The position numbers were made by a program, and so were the translations under genes. The notes under the pieces are model-generated. The model saw only the letters and a list, made by a program, of their open reading frames with translations, had not been told where the DNA came from and did no database searches. From positions 704,001 through 768,000 of the forward strand of contig CBDCXV010000001.1 in NCBI GenBank assembly GCA_965223905.1: a DNA stretch of 64,000 nt. Reading direction: 5' to 3'. Source of the DNA: Candidatus Latescibacterota bacterium (GTDB lineage: Bacteria; Latescibacterota; UBA2968; UBA8231). Shown in pieces: positions 1 to 8,500 of this stretch. Every line of letters starts with the position of its first letter. The stretch's first letter is position 1.

Positions 1-1
1 C

Positions 2-190
2 GGGGCGGCCCGTTTCTCCTCCGCCCTCGGCATCGACGACTTCACAAGGACCACCAGCGTCCTCGGCTACAGCGGGCAGCGCCTCCGGCAGACCGGGGAG
101 CGGATCATGCGTATGGCCAGGGCCGAAGAGCTGGAAGCCCACGCGCGGGCAATCGAGGCGCGCCTCGACGACTACGGGAGGGACAGCTGA
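2..190 (+). CDS. hisD: Histidinol dehydrogenase, 3' end (partial)
   Basis: Frame 2 reads GAARFSSALGIDDFTRTTSVLGYS...ARAEELEAHARAIEAR, the typical HisD C-terminus. Its TGA overlaps the hisB ATG (TGATG at 188-192). Confidence 0.92.
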   Translation, partial: GAARFSSALGIDDFTRTTSVLGYSGQRLRQTGERIMRMARAEELEAHARAIEARLDDYGRDS

Positions 191-789
191 TGGCGGACGC
201 TCAAGCCCGGACCGCCCGCGTCCGGCGCAAAACTTCCGAGACCGACGTCGATCTCGAGTTCGGCCTCGACGGCAGCGGCCGCTGCTCCGCCGACACCGGC
301 ATCGGCTTCCTCGACCACATGCTCGACGCCTTCGCCCGGCACGGGCTGTTCGACCTGGAGCTGCGCTGCCGCGGCGACCTCGACGTCGACCAGCACCACT
401 CCGTCGAGGACGTCGGCATCTGCCTCGGGCAGGCCCTCGACCAAGCGCTCGGGGACCGCGCGGGGATCCAGCGTTTCGCCCACAGCTACGTGCCGATGGA
501 CGAGGCCCTGGCCCGGGTCGTCATCGACCTTTCGGGCCGTTCCTACCTCTGCGCCGCCCCGGAGTTCCGCGACCCGGAGGTGGGGGACTTTCCCGTCTCC
601 CTGGTCACCGAGTTCTTTCGCGCCGTCTCCGACCACGGCAGGTTCAACCTCCACGTCGACCTGCTGCGCTCGGGCAACGACCACCACGGCATCGAGGCGA
701 TATTCAAGGCCTTCGCCCAGGCCCTCGACAAGGCGACTCTGCGGACCGGCCGCACCGACTCCATCCCCTCGACCAAGGGACGGCTGTAG
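190..789 (+). CDS. hisB: Imidazoleglycerol-phosphate dehydratase
   Basis: Motifs RKTSETD, TGIGFLDHML, DQHHSVEDVGI, PMDEAL, NDHHGIEAIFKAF and the C-terminal PSTKG. Confidence 0.97.
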   Translation: MADAQARTARVRRKTSETDVDLEFGLDGSGRCSADTGIGFLDHMLDAFARHGLFDLELRCRGDLDVDQHHSVEDVGICLGQALDQALGDRAGIQRFAHSYVPMDEALARVVIDLSGRSYLCAAPEFRDPEVGDFPVSLVTEFFRAVSDHGRFNLHVDLLRSGNDHHGIEAIFKAFAQALDKATLRTGRTDSIPSTKGRL

Positions 790-966
790 CATCCTGCCTT
801 CCGGACCTGCCGGCTCGCGGCGCTGCCCGCGCCCGCCGTACTCCCCCGGTGGCCCGCGCTCGCGCGCATTCCCGGTTCATCCGCGGCCCGATGTAGCCGA
901 TTCGAGCGGCCCCGGAAACAGCCGCGCCGCCCGGATCCCGCCCCAGCCCGCGGCCCGCCAGGCGCC

Positions 967-2082
967 GTGAAGATCTGCCACCTCATCTACGACGACGTCG
1001 ACAACCCCTGGCTCGGCGGCGGCGGCGCCTGGCGAGCGCGCCAGATCTACCGGCGCCTCGCCGGCCGCCACGAGATCACCCTGGTCACCGGCACCTTTCC
1101 CGGCGCCGAACCCGTGCAGCAGGTAGACGGCCTGCGCCTGCTGCGGGTCGGCTCCCCGCGCAGCTACGCGATCAGCCGTCTCACCTACGCCAGCCGGGCC
1201 GTTGCTGCCCTCCGGCGCCTGCAGTGGGACATCTGGGTCAACGAGTTCTCCGCGTACGCGCCGCTGAGGGTGCCGGCGCAGGTGCGCCGCCGCGGGCTGC
1301 TTTTCTTCCACCATTTCATGGGGCGCCACGCCGTCCTCAAGCATCCCCTGGCCGGGTGGGCGGCCCTCCTGGCGGAGCGCCGCGTCCTGCACGCCTACCC
1401 CCACATCCTGACCGGCGCGCCGAGCGTGCAGGAGCGCATCCGCAGCCGGGTGAGCGCAACCCTGCCGGTCGACTGCGTCTACAACGGCGTCGACGACGGC
1501 TATTTCGGAAGCGTCGCGACCGAGGAGCCGTACCTCCTCTACCTCGGGCGCATCGACGTGCACACCAAGGGAATCGACACCCTGCTGGAGGGCTTCGCGC
1601 GCATCGCCCCGGAGCGCCCCGGCCTGGCGCTGAAGATTGCCGGGGGCGGTGAGAAGGGTCAGGTGCGGCGGCTCGAGAAGCTGGTGGAGCAGACCCGGCT
1701 CGGCGCCAGGGTGGAGCTGCTCGGAAAGGTGTCGGAAACGGAGAAGCGCGAGCTGCTGGCGTCGGCCCTGTTTTTCTGCATGCCCTCTCGCTACGAGGGC
1801 TGGGGCATGGCCGCGGTCGAGGCCGGGGCAAGCGGCAAGGCGGTGGTCGCCACCGCCATCGACGGCCTGCGCGACGCGGTCCGGGACGGCGTCACCGGCC
1901 TGCTGGTGCCGAGCGGGGACGGCGAAGCCCTGGCCGCGGCCATGCGCCGGCTCCTCGACGAACCGGAGCTGCGGAAGTCGCTCGGCGAGCAGGGGCGGGA
2001 GCACTCCCGCCGCTTCGGCTGGGAGGAGCTCGCCCGCCGCCAGGAAGAGGTGATGCTCGCCGCCGCGGAGCGTCTCTCATGA
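967..2082 (+). CDS. Glycosyltransferase family 4 (GT-B)
   Basis: GGGGA N-terminal loop, LYLGRI..KG, and the Ex7E motif PSRYEGWGMAAVEAGASGKAVVAT; GTG start. Confidence 0.9.
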   Translation: MKICHLIYDDVDNPWLGGGGAWRARQIYRRLAGRHEITLVTGTFPGAEPVQQVDGLRLLRVGSPRSYAISRLTYASRAVAALRRLQWDIWVNEFSAYAPLRVPAQVRRRGLLFFHHFMGRHAVLKHPLAGWAALLAERRVLHAYPHILTGAPSVQERIRSRVSATLPVDCVYNGVDDGYFGSVATEEPYLLYLGRIDVHTKGIDTLLEGFARIAPERPGLALKIAGGGEKGQVRRLEKLVEQTRLGARVELLGKVSETEKRELLASALFFCMPSRYEGWGMAAVEAGASGKAVVATAIDGLRDAVRDGVTGLLVPSGDGEALAAAMRRLLDEPELRKSLGEQGREHSRRFGWEELARRQEEVMLAAAERLS

Positions 2083-4601
2083 GTAAGAAGAAGCGCCGGA
2101 CCACCGGAGCGCCGGAACCGCGGCCGGCCCCGGTCCAGGCCCCGAAAGCAGACAAGTTCCGCTTCCGCCTCGCCTCACCCTGGGCGGTTCCGGCCATCCT
2201 TGCGCTGCTGACCCTCCTCTATTTCTACGACTTCCCCCTCAGCGGCCAGGTCATCTACGGAAGCGACACCGGCACCGATTTCCACCGCGGCGAGGAGCCG
2301 TTCGCCGAGAAGCTCGCAACCTATGGCCCCGGCGTCTGGAAACCCACCCTCGGGGGATACCCTGCATCCGAGGAGATCCGCCCCGACTACTTCCCGGCCA
2401 GCCTGCTGAAGCTGTTCACCACCCATCAGCGCCACCTCGGCTGGCGTTTCATGCTGACCGTCTTCCTCGCCGGCTGGGGGATGTACCGCTACCTGCGCGT
2501 CCTCGACCTGGCCCGCTGGCCCTGCCTGTGGGGGGGCGTCGCCTTCATGTTCGCGCCGACCTTCCTGTCCTTCACCTTCGCCGGCCACTACGCCAAGATG
2601 GCGGTCATCGCCCTGCTGCCCTGGATGTACCTCTGCCTCCACCGCGGCATGCAGGAGGGGAAGCTCTCCCGCTTCCTCGCGCTGGCCCTGCTGATCGGCC
2701 TCGGCGCCTACACCCCGCACGTGCAGATGCTCCAGTACGCCCTCATCGCCGTCGGCCTCTACTTCCTGTTCCAGCTGTACCTCTTGTACAGGGATCGCCG
2801 GGAACAGCGGCTGCTCCTGGCGCGGACCGGGCTGTTCGCCCTCGCCGCCGCCCTCGGCATCGGCATCGGGTCGGAAGGGCTGTTTCCCCCTTACCTGCAT
2901 GCGACCCGGGAGTCGAAGCGGGCCGAGGCCGCCACTGCCGAAAGAACCGGGGACGAGCTGGCCCTGGCGCGCAGCTGGTCCCTGCACCCGGAGGAGGTCG
3001 GGTCGCTGCTGGTCCCGGAGTTCGCCGGCTTCTACAACCCCCGGGACAACCGCGACCAGTACTGGGGCCGCAATCCCGGCAAGTACAACTCCGAGTACTT
3101 CGGCATCGTCGTGCTGCTGCTGGCGGTTCCCGCCCTGTGGTCGTGGCGGCGCAACCCCACCGCGGCCTTCATGGGTCTGCTTTTCGCCGTCGCCCTCGCC
3201 TTCACCCTCGGAGGGCACACCCCCGTGCACTGGCTCGCCGCCCACCTGCTGCCGGGAGGCAAGGTGCTGCGCTCCGTCGGCATGGCCGCCTTCCTGTTCG
3301 CCTTTCCCGCCATCGTGCTCGCCGCCACCGGCCTGAATCAGGCGGTCACCGCCGGGGAACCGGACAAACAGCTCTTCCGCAAGCGGCTGCTGATCGCCGC
3401 GGCCGCCCTGGCGGGAATCGCCGCCCTCGCCGCGGCCCTTCCGCACACCGTCCTGGAGCTCTGGACCGCCACCCTCTACGACGAGATCGCCGCGGCCAAA
3501 CGGCAGATCATGCTCTCGGGGGCACCCGGGCTCGCCCGCGGCGGACTCCTCGCAATCCTGCTCTGCGCCGGGGCCGCCGCCCTCGTCTGGGCCCTGCTCC
3601 GCCGGAAGCTGTCGGTCGCAACCGCCTGCGCCGGCCTGATCGCCCTGACCCTGGCAGACACCTGGCGCATCGACCGCCTATTCCTGGTCTACGAGGACCC
3701 CGCCCGCTGGCCGGACATACGCCGGGAGAACCGGCGCACCCTGGAGTTCCTCGAGTCCTCCGGCGAGCGCTTCCGCGTCTTCCCGGTCCCCTCCTGGCAG
3801 CTGCTGCGCTCCCCGGGCTACCACCTCTACGGCGCCGACCCGGTCACCGGCTTCAGCGACTTCACCATCCGCCGCTACGACCGCCTCGTGCGCGAGTTCG
3901 ACCCGGCCCTTTCCCTGTTCCAGGCCCGCTTCGGCGGCCGCGAGATTCCCTACAGCGACGACGACCTGCTGCTCTCCATGCGCCCCCTGCTCAACCTCGT
4001 CAACGCCCGCTACCTCGTGACCCCGAAGTCCCTGCCGCTGCGGACGTCGCTGTTCCCCGAGGCGTTCTCCGCAGAGCGGCTTCGCCTCTACGAAAACAGC
4101 GAGGCCCTGCCCTGGTACTACCTCGCTCCTGCCTTCAGGCTGGCAACCGAAGAAGACGAGATCCTGGCGCTGCTGCGGGAGGGCGGCGTCGACCCCAGGC
4201 TCACCCCGGTGCTTGAGCGGGAGCCCCCCGGCCCGCTGCCCGCTGCCGCATCCGGCACTGATCTCACCGGCGACCGTCTCGAGGTCGAGGAGCGCGCCGG
4301 CGACGGCAGCCGCATCATCCTCTCCACCGGCTCGAGGGAACCGCGGCTGCTGGTCGTCTCGGAGAATTTCTACCCGAACTGGCGCGCCATCGTCGACGGG
4401 GAAGAGGTCCCGGTCCTGCGCGCCAACTACGTCTGGAAGGCCGTCTACCTGCCGCCGGGGGAGCACCGCGTCGAGTTGCGCTACCGCTCGCCTACCGTGC
4501 TGATGACGCGAGCGGTCACCCTGCTTTCGCTCGGAGCCGTGCTGATTCTCGGAATCGTCGAGAGCCGCCGGAGATCGGTGCCGGCAGCCGGGAAACCATA
4601 G
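2079..4601 (+). CDS. YfhO-family polytopic membrane protein (putative GT-C glycosyltransferase)
   Basis: Many hydrophobic segments. The C-terminal LLVVSENFYPNWRAIVDGEEVPVLRANYVWKAVYLPPGEHRVELRY followed by a TM helix is the YfhO signature. ATGA overlap with the GT4 gene. Confidence 0.85.
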   Translation: MSKKKRRTTGAPEPRPAPVQAPKADKFRFRLASPWAVPAILALLTLLYFYDFPLSGQVIYGSDTGTDFHRGEEPFAEKLATYGPGVWKPTLGGYPASEEIRPDYFPASLLKLFTTHQRHLGWRFMLTVFLAGWGMYRYLRVLDLARWPCLWGGVAFMFAPTFLSFTFAGHYAKMAVIALLPWMYLCLHRGMQEGKLSRFLALALLIGLGAYTPHVQMLQYALIAVGLYFLFQLYLLYRDRREQRLLLARTGLFALAAALGIGIGSEGLFPPYLHATRESKRAEAATAERTGDELALARSWSLHPEEVGSLLVPEFAGFYNPRDNRDQYWGRNPGKYNSEYFGIVVLLLAVPALWSWRRNPTAAFMGLLFAVALAFTLGGHTPVHWLAAHLLPGGKVLRSVGMAAFLFAFPAIVLAATGLNQAVTAGEPDKQLFRKRLLIAAAALAGIAALAAALPHTVLELWTATLYDEIAAAKRQIMLSGAPGLARGGLLAILLCAGAAALVWALLRRKLSVATACAGLIALTLADTWRIDRLFLVYEDPARWPDIRRENRRTLEFLESSGERFRVFPVPSWQLLRSPGYHLYGADPVTGFSDFTIRRYDRLVREFDPALSLFQARFGGREIPYSDDDLLLSMRPLLNLVNARYLVTPKSLPLRTSLFPEAFSAERLRLYENSEALPWYYLAPAFRLATEEDEILALLREGGVDPRLTPVLEREPPGPLPAAASGTDLTGDRLEVEERAGDGSRIILSTGSREPRLLVVSENFYPNWRAIVDGEEVPVLRANYVWKAVYLPPGEHRVELRYRSPTVLMTRAVTLLSLGAVLILGIVESRRRSVPAAGKP

Positions 4602-4743
4602 AGGAGAGGGGGTTCCCCGGAAGCGAACTCGGCCTGCCCGGGGTTTCTGCGGAAAGCGGGATTTTAAGGCGTAGTCAGGTCTGAATTGATTTCAAATATC
4701 GCCGCCAAGCGGTATATTACCGGCATCCGAAGGTGCTCTTCCC

Positions 4744-5073
4744 ATGACCCCTACTCCTGAAACAATCGCCATTATCGCCACCGGCGTGACCTTGGCGGCG
4801 CTGATCTTGCAGCAGATGCGCAGCCTTGGCGCCCGGTTCGACCGGCTGGAAGCCCGTATCGGTCGTCTTGAAGCGGGCCAACAGGCGCTGGTCGAGCGCG
4901 TGACTCGTCTGGAAGCGGGCCAGCAGGCCCTGGAGCGTGAAGTGACAGCGCTGAGGGGCGAGGTAAAGTCGTTGGCGCGCGACCTGGCGGCGCTGAGCGA
5001 GCGCACGGCTCGCATCGAAGGCGCCGTCATCGGCCCCTGGCGGCCGGAGGAAGCCGGCAGCGGCAAGAGCTGA
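4744..5073 (+). CDS. Small N-terminally anchored coiled-coil protein, function unknown
   Basis: Hydrophobic N-terminal segment (IAIIATGVTLAALIL), heptad pattern with duplicated RLEAGQQAL, and GAAGGT upstream. Confidence 0.75.
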   Translation: MTPTPETIAIIATGVTLAALILQQMRSLGARFDRLEARIGRLEAGQQALVERVTRLEAGQQALEREVTALRGEVKSLARDLAALSERTARIEGAVIGPWRPEEAGSGKS

Positions 5074-5128
5074 TGCTCCAAGCCCATGCCGCCCATGCCG
5101 AAACACGCCGCTCCCCTCGGAAAATCTC

Positions 5129-5158
5129 TTGACATTCCTGCGTTTCCCCCGTTATGCT
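5129..5158 (+). promoter_or_regulatory. Putative sigma70 promoter P1 of the surface-protein operon
   Basis: TTGACA (5129-5134), 18-nt spacer, TATGCT (5153-5158). Confidence 0.55.
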
Positions 5159-5298
5159 TGTCGTATCGGTCGCTGGCGTCATCCCCCCTTGATGGAGTCG
5201 CGGCAGGTGCCCGGCTCCCCTTTTTGCCCTTCGTTACCGGTTGCAAGATGCCGGTTTTTCCACGAGTTGCGGCAGAAGCGAAGTTCCCAAAATCAGCC

Positions 5299-5327
5299 TT
5301 GACATTCCCACATCGCAGTCATATTAT
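5299..5327 (+). promoter_or_regulatory. Putative sigma70 promoter P2 of the surface-protein operon
   Basis: TTGACA (5299-5304), 17-nt spacer, TATTAT (5322-5327). Near-perfect consensus in a GC-rich genome. Confidence 0.75.
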
Positions 5328-5548
5328 TGGACGCCACCTAAGTTCCAGGAAGGACGAAGGTGGCTATTAAGTTTTCGTCTCCATTCGGAACAAGACGAGA
5401 TGCGGTTGTAACCCCAAATGTCAGAAACCTGCGCTGCACAATCCCCCGAGCTTTCATGCTCTTCACTAACTCTCCCGAACTCTCGAAAAATCTCTTGTTT
5501 TTCGCGTATTCTTCACAACGGGGAATAGCATCCCTGAGGAGGAAAGAC

Positions 5549-8500
5549 ATGCATTTTAGCAGAAAACTGATTCTTCTCACCGCGTTTATGGTGGGCTTGG
5601 GCTTCATCGGAAGTGGTGAGGTTGAGGCCGCAAAAGTCACAAAGGTTCAGATCACGGCGCCGGACAGCGGAGCCTTGGTCGGAATCGGCGGGTCCTTCAC
5701 GGTCCGGGTGGAGGTGGAGGATTTCCTGGGAGCCGAAAACGACAGCATGGGAGTTATCGTTTTTCTGGCTTTGGAAAACGGGGGCGGCGAGCCTGACAGC
5801 TTGGTAGCGGACACGAGCGCTACCGGCCTCTATCCCGAAGCCAATCCCTCGACAATATCGAATCTCCTTCCAGGCACCACGGAATTCTTTGAAACCAATA
5901 CAACGGAAGCCGTGGCTGGGGCCGGGGTCAACGCTATTGGTGCCGTGGCGGCGCTCCAACTTCGAGGTCGCGCCATCGAGGTGAAGGAGGGCAAGGAGCA
6001 GTTTGGGGACGGCAAAAACCTGCGTGGTGACGGCACGTCCCTCAAGCTGTTGTCGGCGGACAACGAGGGGGCGGTGTTCGAATGGGCCGCCACGTTGCAC
6101 GCCTCTGTCGGAACGGTGAGTGGCGTAAGGGCAGGAGCTGTTTCCTTTGTCGATGCCACTCCTCACGACGGGGATGCGAATAATGCATCTACTGGCGATG
6201 AAGCCTCGGCAGCTGCAACCGCAGTATACTCCACCGAAAGGATAGATCTGGACGGGGATCGCCCGATATCCGGGGATATGTTTTTCGTCCAAAACCTCGA
6301 TATCTTCGACACGAACCGGGAAGATGATTTCGTTCCATTTATGGGGGTGGGGGATGGTGATTCTCTTTCCTACAGACTGGTGGGAGAACGCCCGGGAGAT
6401 TCCGGAGGGGGGAGAGAGGTAACCGGTTTCAACGTGGGCGGACCCAATGATACTCGAACAGTTCTGGGAATCGGGGACACCCTGAGGACCTATGTCAAGC
6501 TTGGAAACCGGTTGAACCCTCTCCTCGGTTCGGACTCTCTGAAGCTGGTGATCGAAGCTTTCGGCATCGAGCAGCTTGTCCATCAGAGGGGTATCAAGTC
6601 GGCAACGAGGAAGTCGGACCGCATCGAGTTTGAAGATGTTCTCAGCGATGGGGAATATGTAAAGAAGGATTCGGATTTCACGGATCTTTTCGAAGCTGCC
6701 GGGGCCGACACCCATGACATTCGCTACTTCCTGGTCGACGGGGCGGGAAACCGGAGTCATATAGCTGATATAGGTGATTTCGATCGACAGGAAGACGCTC
6801 TGACGGCGACAGGTATTTCCATCGGTACGGTCCTCCTCGTCGATACCGCCAAGCCAGTGTTCGATTCTACCAATGGCGACACCCTTCTCCCTGTTTCCGC
6901 TGCAACTAGTACCGACGGTGGAATTAACGGTCCCGTCTATCCAAATGACTGGAATCCGATTCGTTTGAATCTGGACCGTGCGCTCGATTCTCTGATCGTT
7001 GAGTTCAAGGGGCCGAAGGAAGGCTCCTTGCGGCTTGGAAATGCTGGAATACCTTCCATCAAACATCCGATCCTGAAAGCGACGGCAGGGGCTTCCACGA
7101 GCGACAAGGGTGAGTTGCTGGATTTCTTCTCGCTTGACTTCACCTCTTACGGAAAGGCAAGTGGACTTAAGGACGACGACGATGCAGTCGTCGCAGAAAA
7201 GGACAGCGTCAGGGCCGCCGATAAAGACGGAAATCTTATCGATGGCCAGTTCGATGGACCTGAAAGCAAGGACGCTGTTATCACGACGGGTACCTACAAG
7301 ATCAGTTTCACCGGGATCGATGTAGCTGGAAACAAGGGTCCAGCGAGGACTCGTTCCGATGTCTACGTCGATGTCGACGACGTCGAATTCATTCGCTCCT
7401 TCCCGTTCGGCGAAGGTGACAATGAATCAGGTCTCGATACCATTGAGGCGAACACCGCCGTTGTTGTCTTCAGGTTGAGCGAACCCGTCGATTCCCTGGC
7501 AATCGAGTACAAGGGGGTCGCAATGGGGGCCGACGCCGATTCAAACGACGTGGACAAGACGCGAAACTATCTCCTCGTCGGTGGGCAAAAGACAAATACC
7601 ACAACTCCAGAGGAGTTCCGGGTCCCTGGGCTCCAGCATGACAACAGGTACGTTTTGACAGTAACGGCTCGTGACCTGGCTGGAAACTGGGTACAGTCAA
7701 AGCCTGACACTTTCTGGTACAACACCGATTACCAGGTTCCACAGGCCAATCAGTTTGTGGTCAAGATAACGAAGCCGGGAGAACGGAAAACGGCCTTGAC
7801 GGGTCTCGATAAGAAGATCGAGGCAGGGGACGAGATTGGGATATCCCTGGAAGCCCAGGCGGTCACTGGCGACAATGCCCCGACCTATGGTGGAGTTGCA
7901 ACGGTAACCGTCGGTGGCGGCAGTGGCATAGAACTGATTGGAAACAAAAGCACGGGTGCCACTGACAACGGGGATGGAACGATCTCTCTGAATGGTGAGG
8001 ATTGGGTCATTGGCTCGCGGGAAATCGTCTTCAGGGATACTGTTTCGGTTGAAAACCTTACTATCAGCATAGAAGCGGATGACGATTCCACCCTGGTTGG
8101 GGAAGCGGACTCCGTAGTGGTGATACATCCCGACGATTACTCGCAGATCATTATCAGTGCTGCCGACGACTCGGTCATGCAGGGCGAAAACTTCATGGTT
8201 AATGTTGTGATCGCCGACAAGTTTGGTAACCAGCGGGTGGCGGACAACCGTTTCGTGGCGATAAGCACCAACACGATCGGGGTCCAGGTCCCGCCGGATG
8301 CCGTACACATTGCTAAGGGCGCCGGCAGTTTCATGGTCAACAGCTCCGGCTGGTCGGGTGATCTGACCCTTTCTGTCCGAGATATCGCTGATCGGAAGGA
8401 TGGGACTGCCAACACACTTGGCACCGGAACGGTGTATGTCAGGGCCTCTGACGACGCGCCTGATCCAGTTGATCCCGAAGAGGCGCCCGACGCCCCTGAC

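Noticed and set aside
5086-5370. 94-aa ORF upstream of the surface gene
   Set aside because: It overlaps both promoter-like elements, has atypical composition and has no SD.
5360-5548. N-terminal 63-aa extension of the 1663-aa ORF in the track
   Set aside because: The signal peptide and strong SD point to ATG 5549; the extension is most likely 5' UTR.
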